Part shown: piece after piece, positions 48,685 to 58,341 of the stretch
Numbering within the stretch: position 1 is the stretch's first letter
Layout: every line of letters starts with the position of its first letter
Assembly: GCA_965216635.1 (NCBI GenBank)
Contig: OZ244188.1
Coordinates: 2,144,001-2,208,000 of the forward strand
From: a bacterium
Lineage (GTDB): Bacteria; SAR324; XYD2-FULL-50-16; G965216635
Length of the DNA: 64,000 bases
Direction: 5' to 3'
Made by a program: the position numbers and the translations under genes
The notes under the pieces: model-generated
Told to the model about the DNA's origin: nothing
The model's input: only the letters and a program-made list of their open reading frames with translations
Database searches by the model: none

Positions 48685-51005
48685 ACGAAGCAAATACTAG
48701 AGCAGAATTGATAGAGCCTTTGCTAGAGGAGGCTGGCTGGGGTAGGAATTTTCCGCAAACAAAAATAGATCGTGAGTTTTCCATCACTTTAGGAAAGCTC
48801 CAAAACGGAGGGAGAGCCAAGCCTCTTTCTGCGGATTATGTCTTGATTTATAAGAATACTAAACTGGCGGTAATTGAAGCAAAGAGCATTAAAAAAGAAG
48901 TAGGCGAGGGTGTGGCTCAAGCAAAAAACTACGCTGAAAAGATGCAATTAGGCTACGCTTTTGCTTGCAATGGCGAGGAGATTTATCAAATCAATATGAA
49001 TACGGGCAAGGAAGGTTTGGTGAGTAAATTTCCTAGTCCTGAGGAGTTATGGAGCGGATTTTTTGAGAAACAAAACCAATGGCTAGAAAAATTCCATTCT
49101 ATTCCTTTTGCTAGCAAAACTCATTCTTTAAGGTTTTATCAAGAAACGGCTATCAATCGGGCTTTGGAAGCGATTGCTGCAAATAAAAATCGCATTCTTT
49201 TGACTTTGGCTACTGGCACGGGAAAAACTTTTATTGCTTCTCAAATTGCTTGGAAACTATTTAAAACTCGTTGGAATTTGAGCTGCCTTAATTCAAAAGG
49301 TGAAATCCAGAGACAGCCTCGTATTCTTTTTTTGGTGGATAGAAATATTTTAGCTGACCAAGCCTTTACGAAGTTTGATGTTTTTCCAGAGGATGCTCTT
49401 GTGCGAATTGATCCATTAGAAATAAAGAAGAAAGGAAAGGTGCCAACGAATGGCAGTGTTTTTTTTACGATTTTTCAAACCTTTATGAGCGGTCAAAATG
49501 AAACACCTTATTTTGGAGAATACCCTGACGATTATTTTGATTTTATTATTGTGGACGAGTGCCATAGAGGCGGAGCGAACGACGAAAGTAGCTGGCGAGA
49601 AATTTTAGAGTATTTTTCTCCAGCGGTGCAGCTTGGTATGACGGCTACTCCAAAACGAAAAAACAATGTGGATACCTACGCTTATTTTGGTGAAGCTGTT
49701 TATAGTTATTCTTTGAAAGAGGGTATTCAGGATGGTTTTTTGACTCCTTTTAAGGTGAAGCGGATCCAAACTACCATAGATGAATACGCCTATGCTTCTG
49801 ATGATAAAGTTTTGCAAGGGGAGGTGGATAAAAAGAAAATTTATAAAGAATCAGAATTTAACCACAAAATTGAAATCAAACAAAGAGAAGAAAAACGGGT
49901 TAAAATTTTTTTAGAGGATATCCACTCAGAAGAAAAAACGATTGTCTTTTGTGCGAATCAATCCCACGCTGCTTTGATTAGAGATTTTATCAATAAGCAC
50001 AAAAAAATTCAGAATATAAATTATTGCCATCGTGTGACTTCAGCCGATGGTGAAATAGGAAATCAGCATTTAGAAAATTTTAAAAATAACGAAAAAACAA
50101 TTCCTACTATTTTGACTACTTCGCGTAAACTTTCTACGGGAGTGGATGCAAGAAATATTCGGTGTATCGTGCTTTTGCGTCCTATCTATTCCATTGTTGA
50201 GTTTAAACAAATTATAGGTAGAGGCACTAGACTGTTTGATGGAAAAAATTATTTTACAATTTATGATTTTGTTGATGCCTATCGCAATTTTTTTGATCCA
50301 GAATGGGACGGAGAGGCAGAGGAGCCAGCAATTTACAATCCTAAAATAGCACTGGAAAATTTAGAAGTTAGAGATAAAGACAACCAAGAATACGATTTTA
50401 ATGAGGAAAAAAAAGAACAGAAAATTAAAATCAAGCTAGCGGATGGTAAGGAGAGAGAAATCCAATCTATGACGAACACCCATTTTTTTACAGAAGAAGG
50501 AAGTTTAATATCTGCTAAAGAATTTTTAGAAAATTTATTTGGAAAATTACCAGATTTTTTTACTAAAGAAGAGGAATTGATAGAAATTTGGTCTGCCCCA
50601 GAAACAAGAAAAAAACTTTTGGAGAGACTTACTGATGCGGGGTATAATAAAAATTCATTAAAGGAATTGCAGAGAATGATCAATGCAGAACAAAGCGATC
50701 TTTTTGATTTGCTAGAATATGTTTCTTTTGGAAAAAAACCTATCACAAGAGAGCAAAGGGCGAATCAAATGAGACCTATTATTGTAAAAAATTTTAATGA
50801 AAAGCAGCAAGAATTTTTAAATTTTGTGCTTTCTCATTATGTGGAAAATGGTGTGGAAGAGTTAGAAGAAAAAAAATTAGCCAGCTTGCTAGCAATCAAA
50901 TATAATACTACTTTTGATGCTCAGCAAATACTAGGAAGCATAGAAAAAATAAAAAAAACATTTACTTCTTTTCAAAAACATCTTTATTCTAAAAAGGTAG
51001 CTTAA
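48681..51005 (+). CDS. hsdR: Type I R-M restriction subunit (EcoAI/EcoEI-like)
   Basis: ADYVL...VIEAK, LATGTGKT, DECHRG, MTATP, QIIGRGTR. Confidence 0.95.
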   Translation: MNEANTRAELIEPLLEEAGWGRNFPQTKIDREFSITLGKLQNGGRAKPLSADYVLIYKNTKLAVIEAKSIKKEVGEGVAQAKNYAEKMQLGYAFACNGEEIYQINMNTGKEGLVSKFPSPEELWSGFFEKQNQWLEKFHSIPFASKTHSLRFYQETAINRALEAIAANKNRILLTLATGTGKTFIASQIAWKLFKTRWNLSCLNSKGEIQRQPRILFLVDRNILADQAFTKFDVFPEDALVRIDPLEIKKKGKVPTNGSVFFTIFQTFMSGQNETPYFGEYPDDYFDFIIVDECHRGGANDESSWREILEYFSPAVQLGMTATPKRKNNVDTYAYFGEAVYSYSLKEGIQDGFLTPFKVKRIQTTIDEYAYASDDKVLQGEVDKKKIYKESEFNHKIEIKQREEKRVKIFLEDIHSEEKTIVFCANQSHAALIRDFINKHKKIQNINYCHRVTSADGEIGNQHLENFKNNEKTIPTILTTSRKLSTGVDARNIRCIVLLRPIYSIVEFKQIIGRGTRLFDGKNYFTIYDFVDAYRNFFDPEWDGEAEEPAIYNPKIALENLEVRDKDNQEYDFNEEKKEQKIKIKLADGKEREIQSMTNTHFFTEEGSLISAKEFLENLFGKLPDFFTKEEELIEIWSAPETRKKLLERLTDAGYNKNSLKELQRMINAEQSDLFDLLEYVSFGKKPITREQRANQMRPIIVKNFNEKQQEFLNFVLSHYVENGVEELEEKKLASLLAIKYNTTFDAQQILGSIEKIKKTFTSFQKHLYSKKVA

Positions 51006-51120
51006 AAAAAATATGCAGAAATTCTAATATTTTGGGAAATTTCTACTTGGTGTTGAACTTGAAAAATCAGCTTTTTTACTAATTTTAGCTTGAAAAATTT
51101 TTTTTTCTATAATACTAAAA

Positions 51121-51392
51121 GAGACTGTTGAACCTTATCATTATAGGAAAGCTAGACAAGGCGCGAAAATTTTTTACCCAAGAGGAATATCGTAGTGCCA
51201 CAATAATGGGACCAGGGCACTCTATAATTTTCATTTAGCAAAAGTGAAATGCCTGTAGATTGGAATAAGAGAGCCAGTGACTCTTTTACTATATTCTTTA
51301 CTTTGTCTTATGCGGGTAAGAGAGTATTTTGAGTGATAAAAAATTTGAGCAACACAGTATAGCTGAAATAGAGTGTCTAATTCAACATTCTC
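51121..51392 (-). mobile_element. Family-B element with nested module
   Basis: GAGACTGTTGAA ... TTCAACATTCTC TIRs; reverse complement of 53848-54005 plus a loop insertion. Confidence 0.85.
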
Positions 51393-51405
51393 TAAAAACC
51401 TAAAA

Positions 51406-51589
51406 AGACCTTTGCATTAGTATTATGTGATAGCTGTTACGTCTTTTTGCTTCCAGCAAGGAAGAAAAAATTTTGGGTCGCAAGAAGATCGTAGAAACAA
51501 AACGTTATTTTTGTATAACTCAAGAATGGAACGTTATCCTTGCAGGGCAAATTTTGCTATAGTTCTTAATTTATCTAATGCGGTGATCT
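51406..51589. mobile_element. Third MITE-like element with imperfect TIRs
   Basis: AGACCTTTGCATTAG ... CTAATGCGGTGATCT; left end resembles AGACCTTTGCA at 4291. Confidence 0.5.
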
Positions 51590-51608
51590 TCTAAATATAA
51601 AAAATACA

Positions 51609-52670
51609 ATGTCAATTATTACTGAACCTATCGGTAGCATTCCTCGTTCAAAAGAATTGCAAGAGGCTATGCAAAATTTTTCACAGGGCAATATTTCTGC
51701 TGAAAAAATGGAGGCTTTTTTTGATGAGGCTGTGCTGGAAACAATTACTCAATTTGAAGCTACTGGTTCTCCCATTATTACAGATGGGGAGCAATGCAAA
51801 CCAAGTTTTGTTACTTATCCTTTAACAAATTTAGATAACCTAACAGAAAAAGGCATAGAAATTCCTTTTGTTGATGGTCACAAACGCCAATTACCTAGTA
51901 TAACTAAGGCTCCTTTTCGTTATAGCCATTATGCAGGTTCTTATATTCTTCGTGCCAAAAAATTTGCTAAAGTTCCTCTTAAGCAAGCTGTTATTTCTGC
52001 TTCGGCTATGTCTTTACTTTATCCTAGTGATGGAATTGAAGGTTATGCAAGGGAGCAATTTATAGACGACTTGGTAACTCATGCAGTAGCCGATATTCGC
52101 AGCTGTTTTGATAACGGCGCTTGCAATGTTCAAATTGATTTTACTGAGGCTAGACTTGCCATTAAATTAGATCCGTCTAAGGCTTTACTAAAACAATTTG
52201 TAGAGCTCAATAATAACGTTTTATCTTATTTTACCGCAGAAGAAAAACAGTCTATTGGAGTGCATACTTGCCCTGGTGGAGATCATAATTCTACTCATAG
52301 CAAAGATGTTCCTTATGAAGAGTTGATACCACTTTTGATGACAATGGATGTTAGTAATTTTTATATGCAGCTGGCAAGTGAAAAAAATCCAGATAGTATA
52401 TTAAAGATCATTTCAGAAAATATAAAACCGCACCACCGTATTTATGTAGGCGTTATTGATGCAATCAATGAAACAATAGAATCTGCGGAAATTGTTCAAG
52501 ACCGTGTGTTGAATGCCGCAAAATATATTCCTATTAAACAGCTTGGGACGACAGATGACTGTGGATTTTCTCCTTTTGGCGATGATATTGTAACTTCCCG
52601 TAGTACTGCTTTTGCAAAAATCAAAGCCAGAGTTCAAGGTACACAAATGGCATCTGCCCAACTTAGCTAA
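51609..52670 (+). CDS. Cobalamin-independent methionine synthase II family protein (MetE catalytic domain only)
   Basis: TEPIGSIPR, ITDGEQ, GVHTCPGG, TTDDCGFSPF (Zn-ligand H.C and C motifs). Confidence 0.85.
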   Translation: MSIITEPIGSIPRSKELQEAMQNFSQGNISAEKMEAFFDEAVLETITQFEATGSPIITDGEQCKPSFVTYPLTNLDNLTEKGIEIPFVDGHKRQLPSITKAPFRYSHYAGSYILRAKKFAKVPLKQAVISASAMSLLYPSDGIEGYAREQFIDDLVTHAVADIRSCFDNGACNVQIDFTEARLAIKLDPSKALLKQFVELNNNVLSYFTAEEKQSIGVHTCPGGDHNSTHSKDVPYEELIPLLMTMDVSNFYMQLASEKNPDSILKIISENIKPHHRIYVGVIDAINETIESAEIVQDRVLNAAKYIPIKQLGTTDDCGFSPFGDDIVTSRSTAFAKIKARVQGTQMASAQLS

Positions 52671-52719
52671 AATTTTAAGAAAATAGCAAAAGGAGTTATT
52701 ATATACAACTTTGGGTTTT

Positions 52720-53838
52720 TTATCTTTGGTCTATGGGAGTGACTGGGCGTTGTTCCTCTCCGATGTAGGCACTGCTGGGTCGGATGAGTTTGTTGTTTGC
52801 CTGTTGTTCAAAAATATGGGCGAGCCAGCCTGTAAGCCGCGACATCACAAAGATGGGAGTAAAAATATCTATATCAAATCCCATTAGATAGTAAGTAGGT
52901 CCTGAAGGAAAATCTAGGTTTGGATAAATATTTTTTTTACTTATCATTGTTTTTTCTAAAATTTTATAAATTTCTACCCATTTTTTGGATTCTTTTCCTT
53001 TCTTTTCTTGTGCCTCTGCTACCTTAAAAAAAGCGTCTTGCATAGTAGGAACTCTGCTATCTCCTTTGCGATAAACTCTATGTCCAAATCCCATAATTTT
53101 TTCTTTATTTTCTAAAGCCTGCAAAATCCAATCTTGTGCTAAGCTAGGTTCTTTGATTTTAAGCATCGTGTGCATTACCTCTTCGTTAGCTCCCCCGTGC
53201 AAAGCTCCTTTTAAGCAAGCAATAGCACCAGTGATTGCAGAATAGATATCGGACATAGTGCTTGTAATTACTCTAGCTGTAAAAGTGGAAGCATTAAAAC
53301 TATGTTCTGCATAAAGAATTAAAGAAATATTGAAAGCATCATAAGTTTCTTTTTCTGGTTCTTGATTAAAAACTAAATTAAAAAAGTTATCAATATAGCT
53401 TAAAGAAACCTTCGGCATAATGGGTTCTAGTCCTTTTCTTCTGCGGTAAAAAAAGGCAATAGCAGTCGGGATTGCAGCTAGTAGTCCGACTGCTTTTTGA
53501 TAATTGTCTTCTTTACTGTGGTCTTCTGTTCCTATAAAACTCACTGCACTACGAATTATATCCATAGGGTGCGCTTTGGCAGATAAAAAGGTAAGCAGTT
53601 GGGTTAATTCTGGACTGATAAGTCTTTTTTTTTTTTCTAATTCGCAAAAACTTTTTAATTCGTTTGCATTAGGAAGTTCACCTTTTAGTAACAGATAGGC
53701 GACTTCTTCAAAACTACATTGGGTTGCCAAGTCTTGCACCGCATAGCCACGATAGGTTAAGCTATTGGTCTCTGGCATTACTTTAGAAACGGCAGTTTGA
53801 TCTGCGACAACCCCTACTAAACCTTGTTTAATATCCAT
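52720..53838 (-). CDS. prpC: 2-methylcitrate synthase
   Basis: YAEHSFNASTF, LHGGANE, MGFGHRVY, PNLDF; next to prpB and prpD. Confidence 0.92.
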   Translation of the reverse strand: MDIKQGLVGVVADQTAVSKVMPETNSLTYRGYAVQDLATQCSFEEVAYLLLKGELPNANELKSFCELEKKKRLISPELTQLLTFLSAKAHPMDIIRSAVSFIGTEDHSKEDNYQKAVGLLAAIPTAIAFFYRRRKGLEPIMPKVSLSYIDNFFNLVFNQEPEKETYDAFNISLILYAEHSFNASTFTARVITSTMSDIYSAITGAIACLKGALHGGANEEVMHTMLKIKEPSLAQDWILQALENKEKIMGFGHRVYRKGDSRVPTMQDAFFKVAEAQEKKGKESKKWVEIYKILEKTMISKKNIYPNLDFPSGPTYYLMGFDIDIFTPIFVMSRLTGWLAHIFEQQANNKLIRPSSAYIGEEQRPVTPIDQR

Positions 53839-53847
53839 ATTATTTAT

Positions 53848-54005
53848 GAGGCTATTGAATTAGACATTCTAGTTCAGCTATACTGCGGTGCTCAAATTTT
53901 TTATCACTCAAAATACTTCAGTATTCCTACTCCAAGACAATATTGGGGGTAAAAAATTTTCGCGCCTTGTCTAGCTTTCCTATAATGCTAAAGTTCAACA
54001 GTCTC
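53848..54005 (+). mobile_element. Family-B element filling the prpB-prpC gap; carries a 25-nt match to the Bro-N gene
   Basis: GAGGCTATTGAA ... TTCAACAGTCTC TIRs. Confidence 0.85.
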
Positions 54006-54007
54006 AT

Positions 54008-54916
54008 TTATATTTTAAAATTAAAAATATCCTTGTCAAAATCATTATACTTTTCATATTGTAAAGTATCATAAAGCTCTTTTCTTGTCTGCATTTTTTT
54101 TAATAAATCTCTTTGGTGTCCTTTTTCTTTAATTTCTTTTAAACCCGCAACAGTCGCTCCTATAGCCAATCTCCAAGTAGTAACAGGATAGATTACCATT
54201 TGAAAACCTAAATTTTCTAGTTGTTTTTTATCTAAAAGATCCGATTTCCCAAATTCTGTCATATTTGCGAGCATAGGCAAAGAGGTTGCTTTTCTAATCT
54301 GCTCAAATTCTTTTTCGTTCTGCATAGCTTCGGGAAAAATCATTTCTGCGCCTGCGTCTTCATAAGCCTTGATTCGCTCCAAAGTTTTTTCCATTCCTTC
54401 TACTCCTTTGGCGTCTGTACGGGCAATAATCAAAAAATTTTTATCTTTTTTAGTGCAGACCGCGGTTTGAATTTTCTGCACCATTTCTGCTTTAGAACAA
54501 AGTTTTTTATTATCCAAATGTCCGCATCTTTTGGGATTCATTTGATCTTCTAGATGCAAACCTGATAAGCCAGCTTCTTCAAAAGCAAGCACTGTGCGAG
54601 CTACATTCATAGGCTCACCGAAACCAGTATCTGCGTCTATAATACAAGGCAAATTTGTTACTCTGGCAATTTGTTTTCCTCTCTCCACAACTTCGCTTAA
54701 AGTAGTTAAACCAATATCAGGCAATCCTAAATCCGCTGCTAAAACTGCTCCTGAAATATAAACCGCGGGAAACCCAAGTTTTTCTATTTCCATAGCTACT
54801 ATGGGAGAAAAAGCACTCGGTACCTGTAAAATTTTACTGGGTAAAATTTCACCCGATTGTAAATCTTTTTGCAACTGCTCTCTTTTTTCTTGCGGAGTTT
54901 TGGTTGGAAATAACAT
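54008..54916 (-). CDS. prpB: Methylisocitrate lyase
   Basis: LGLPDIG, DADTGFG, EDQ..PKRCGH, ARTDA, NMTEFGK. Confidence 0.95.
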   Translation of the reverse strand: MLFPTKTPQEKREQLQKDLQSGEILPSKILQVPSAFSPIVAMEIEKLGFPAVYISGAVLAADLGLPDIGLTTLSEVVERGKQIARVTNLPCIIDADTGFGEPMNVARTVLAFEEAGLSGLHLEDQMNPKRCGHLDNKKLCSKAEMVQKIQTAVCTKKDKNFLIIARTDAKGVEGMEKTLERIKAYEDAGAEMIFPEAMQNEKEFEQIRKATSLPMLANMTEFGKSDLLDKKQLENLGFQMVIYPVTTWRLAIGATVAGLKEIKEKGHQRDLLKKMQTRKELYDTLQYEKYNDFDKDIFNFKI

Positions 54917-54963
54917 CAAGGATAGAAAAAAATTATTAGTGGTGGTTACTCTATCTAAATGGT

Positions 54964-55329
54964 TTATTTTTTAGGAAATATGGATTTTCCCAATATATGC
55001 CAGCTACTTATCATCGTGGCTGTAGTTGTTGCGACTATAGCAGAAAATTGAATGTCGCTCAATCCTTCTTTTTCAAAACAAACCTTAACTACAAACTGTG
55101 CGAGTGTTAAAGTAATTATAAAAATAGTCCACGGCCATAAAATTCTACCAGAATGAATAAAAAATCTATCGCGTTGTTTTTTATCTTGTTCAAGAAGTTC
55201 GTTCTGTAATTTTATTGTTTTTAGATGTTCACTTTGTATTAATAAATCATTTTTTCTTTTTTGTTGAATCCATTTAATCTCCTTTCCTGATGATAAGTAT
55301 GAAAATATTTCGTTTTGGTTATTTGCCAT
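54964..55329 (-). CDS. Small 2-TM protein, putative partner/toxin of the Panacea protein
   Basis: Overlaps the upstream Panacea gene by 11 nt; two hydrophobic segments. Confidence 0.55.
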   Translation of the reverse strand: MANNQNEIFSYLSSGKEIKWIQQKRKNDLLIQSEHLKTIKLQNELLEQDKKQRDRFFIHSGRILWPWTIFIITLTLAQFVVKVCFEKEGLSDIQFSAIVATTTATMISSWHILGKSIFPKK

Positions 55330-55810
55330 TTGATTGTATTTCTTTAACGTCCTCTATTATAGCCTTATAGTATCTCCGTATAGTATCTCTACTTATAATC
55401 CGATGCTTTACTGATTCAATATAATAAGCCCACCAAGGCGTTCCTTCTTGGTGAGTCAGCTCTACCAACTCTCTACTATTCTTACCGTTATATATTGCCC
55501 AAACTCCTTTCAATATACCTAAATTTTCTTTATCTTCTACTTGAGGAATTGGGCGACCATTATTATCAGTATCTAAAGTTTTTTTAATTATTCTATCTTT
55601 ATAATTTTTAAAATGATGGTAGACAGATGGTATTACAGGTCCAAATTTCCAAGCCTCTACATCTTCATTGAATAGTACAAAATCTTCCATACCCAAAGAA
55701 AACCCCAAAGAAACATAAACCAATTTATTGATCTTTATATTATCAATATCCGTATTATTTTCTTGGTCTATAAAAAAATTAGCTACAGAAAGTGGTGATT
55801 GTTTTTCCAT
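55319..55810 (-). CDS. Panacea (SocA/DUF4065/GepA) antitoxin-like protein
   Basis: VANFFI, KINKLVY, EAWKFGPVIPSVY, LVELTHQEGTPW. Confidence 0.9.
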   Translation of the reverse strand: MEKQSPLSVANFFIDQENNTDIDNIKINKLVYVSLGFSLGMEDFVLFNEDVEAWKFGPVIPSVYHHFKNYKDRIIKKTLDTDNNGRPIPQVEDKENLGILKGVWAIYNGKNSRELVELTHQEGTPWWAYYIESVKHRIISRDTIRRYYKAIIEDVKEIQSNGK

Positions 55811-55944
55811 AATTTTATTTATTTTAGGTTGTTATTTTTTTCATAAGAATAGCTTGTAAGTTTATTCTTTTAAAATATAAAACTATTCCTTTTAACATAT
55901 TATTGCAAGTGTTTTTTTATTAAACTAGATTCTAAATCAAGTAT

Positions 55945-57492
55945 CTAAAAAATAGAATTTTGATTTTTTCTTATTTCTAAATTTTCTATATCTGCTACTG
56001 GATTCAATAACAGCAGTTCAGCAGAATTTAATTCTGGTAGTCTTTGCACCAAATCTAAAAACCTTTGTGCTTCTTTTTGAGAAATAATTCCTGCACTTAG
56101 AGTCTGAAATTTTTGAATATATTCTTTTCTTTGAAAAGGTCTAGTTCCTAAAGAATGGGCATTGGCTACTGCTTTTTCGGCTATAATTTCTTCTCCTCCT
56201 TTAAGCCAAATTTTTAGTCTGCCTCCAAAAGCTTTTTCTTTTGGGTTTTGCGAATGGTATCTACGAGTCCACTCAGAATCTTCTTTTGTCTCAATTTTTT
56301 GCCATAGTTGGACTGTATCTTTTCTGGTTGCTCTTTCTTTTGTATAGGAATTTATATGATGCCATTTTCTGTCTTGCAAGGCTACTGCTAAAATATACAT
56401 AATAGAATGATCCAAAGTTTCTCTGCTTGCTTGTGGGTTCATTTTCTGAGGGTCGCCCGCTCCAGTTCCTATAACATTATGAGTGTGGTGCGAAGTATAT
56501 AGCATAATTTTTTCTACTTTGTTCCAATCGCCGCCTGTTTTTTTTTGGATTTTTTCGCCTACTTCAAAAGCCAAATCAATAATTGCTTGGCTCTGGTATT
56601 CTGCAGAATGCTCTTTGGTATAGGTTTCTAAAATAGCTTTTCTTGGTTCATTTATTTCTGGCAAAAGCACTGTATATTCTGCGTCTTTGCCGTCTAAAAG
56701 CCAAGCGACAACGCTGTCTTCTCCTTCATAAATCGGACTAGGTGCTTTTTCTCCGCGCATACATCTATCCACTGCTTCAATGGCGAGTTTTCCAGCGTGG
56801 GCGGGAGCAAAGGCTTTCCAACTAGAAATTTCTCCCTTGCGAGATTGTCTAGTCGTGCAACTTACGTGTAAGGCTTGATTGATGGATTGATAAATTATTT
56901 CTGTAGGCAGTTTTAGTAAAGTGCCTATTGCGGCAGCTACGCTAGCTCCCAAATGGGCGATGTGGTCAATTTTGTGTTTGTGTAGGCAAATTGCTCGCAC
57001 TAAATTTACCTGTATTTCGTAGCCTGTTAAAATACCATAAATCAAATCTTCGCCTGTTTTTTCACATTGCTGGGCTACTGCTAAAATGGGAGGAATGTTA
57101 TCTCCTGGATGGCTATAATCGGCTGCCAAATAGGTATCGTGAAAATCTAGCTCCCGCACAGCAGTGCCGTTCGCCCAAGCTGCCCATTCTGCACAAAAGG
57201 TTTTTTTGGCGTTCACTCCAAAAAGAGTAGCTCCTCTACCACAATTATTTAGTTGAAAATTATAACAGCGAGGATGAGCCAATGCCATCTCTCTCGCGGT
57301 GATTACTGAACTACGATTCCAAGAAGCAATGGCTACAGAGGCGTTGTCTATAATGCGATTGATAACCATCTCCGTTGCTGCTTCGTCTAACTCTGCTCTG
57401 TGCTCTGCCAGCTGAGCCATTTTCCAAGCTAGCTGTTCTTCTTTTTTTAAAAGCTCTTTTTCGGGATGAACTTTTAATAAATGGGTTTGCAT
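55945..57492 (-). CDS. prpD: 2-methylcitrate dehydratase (MmgE/PrpD)
   Basis: [37 protein letters not shown]. Confidence 0.92.
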   Translation of the reverse strand: MQTHLLKVHPEKELLKKEEQLAWKMAQLAEHRAELDEAATEMVINRIIDNASVAIASWNRSSVITAREMALAHPRCYNFQLNNCGRGATLFGVNAKKTFCAEWAAWANGTAVRELDFHDTYLAADYSHPGDNIPPILAVAQQCEKTGEDLIYGILTGYEIQVNLVRAICLHKHKIDHIAHLGASVAAAIGTLLKLPTEIIYQSINQALHVSCTTRQSRKGEISSWKAFAPAHAGKLAIEAVDRCMRGEKAPSPIYEGEDSVVAWLLDGKDAEYTVLLPEINEPRKAILETYTKEHSAEYQSQAIIDLAFEVGEKIQKKTGGDWNKVEKIMLYTSHHTHNVIGTGAGDPQKMNPQASRETLDHSIMYILAVALQDRKWHHINSYTKERATRKDTVQLWQKIETKEDSEWTRRYHSQNPKEKAFGGRLKIWLKGGEEIIAEKAVANAHSLGTRPFQRKEYIQKFQTLSAGIISQKEAQRFLDLVQRLPELNSAELLLLNPVADIENLEIRKNQNSIF

Positions 57493-57495
57493 ATT

Positions 57496-58341
57496 TTATT
57501 TTTGTATTTTTTCTAAAACAAGTTGTTCTAGCGAATAGTTTTGTTTCATATAGTGCGAGACAAAAGGAACTTCACTAATTTCTTTGTCGCCTGTTCTTCT
57601 ATTTCCTACTTTCACTTCAAAATCTAATTGATTAATTTTGCGGTAAGCATCTACAAATTCACGAACAGTTGTAGACTGTCCATAACCTAAACATTCATAA
57701 GGACTATTTGCGGGAGGATTTTCTACTGCTTTTAATATAGCAGCTGCTATATCTTCTACATGGCAATAGTCTCTGACGCAAGTGCCGTCTTTGGTATTAG
57801 GGTAATCTGCTCCATAAATAACAAACTCTCCTGTTTTGGCTGCTTCTTTCAGTTTTGCCATAAGACCATCGGGGTTAGTAATTTTAAACTCTTTTTCTCC
57901 TACAACATTAAAAAACCGAAAAATAGTATAATTTTTACTAATTTCACGGATAGAATCTTCTGCTATAGCCTTAGATTTACCGTAAGGAGAGCTACTATCT
58001 GTGGCTGCTCCAGTGGATGCGAATATAAAATGTTTGTAGTGCAGTTTTTTCAAAAGATTAACAGTGCCTCTCCAATTGGTTTCATAATAAGAAGTAGGAA
58101 ATTCTACAGAGTGGGCTACTCTTGTCAGTGCTGCTAAATGACAAACAACATCCCAGTTACAGGCTATGAGTTTTTCAGAAAAATTGCCTGTTATATCTGT
58201 ATGCCATATTTGTTTTGTATAGTGGCTTATATCGTTACCTTTTTTATAATCTAGTCCTTCTATTTGGTAGTCCTTTTCACTTAACTGTTTAACCAAATGG
58301 GAGCCAATATAGCCGTTACAGCCTGTAACTAGTATTTTCAT
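57496..58341 (-). CDS. NAD-dependent epimerase/dehydratase (GalE-like)
   Basis: TGCNGYIGSH, YGKSK, RFFNV, DGTCVRDY.HV.D. Confidence 0.88.
   Translation of the reverse strand: MKILVTGCNGYIGSHLVKQLSEKDYQIEGLDYKKGNDISHYTKQIWHTDITGNFSEKLIACNWDVVCHLAALTRVAHSVEFPTSYYETNWRGTVNLLKKLHYKHFIFASTGAATDSSSPYGKSKAIAEDSIREISKNYTIFRFFNVVGEKEFKITNPDGLMAKLKEAAKTGEFVIYGADYPNTKDGTCVRDYCHVEDIAAAILKAVENPPANSPYECLGYGQSTTVREFVDAYRKINQLDFEVKVGNRRTGDKEISEVPFVSHYMKQNYSLEQLVLEKIQK

Noticed and set aside
51406..51608. SAM or cobalamin riboswitch upstream of the MetE-like gene
   Set aside because: Consensus cores were not recognised and TIR-like ends suggest a repeat element; an Rfam scan would be decisive
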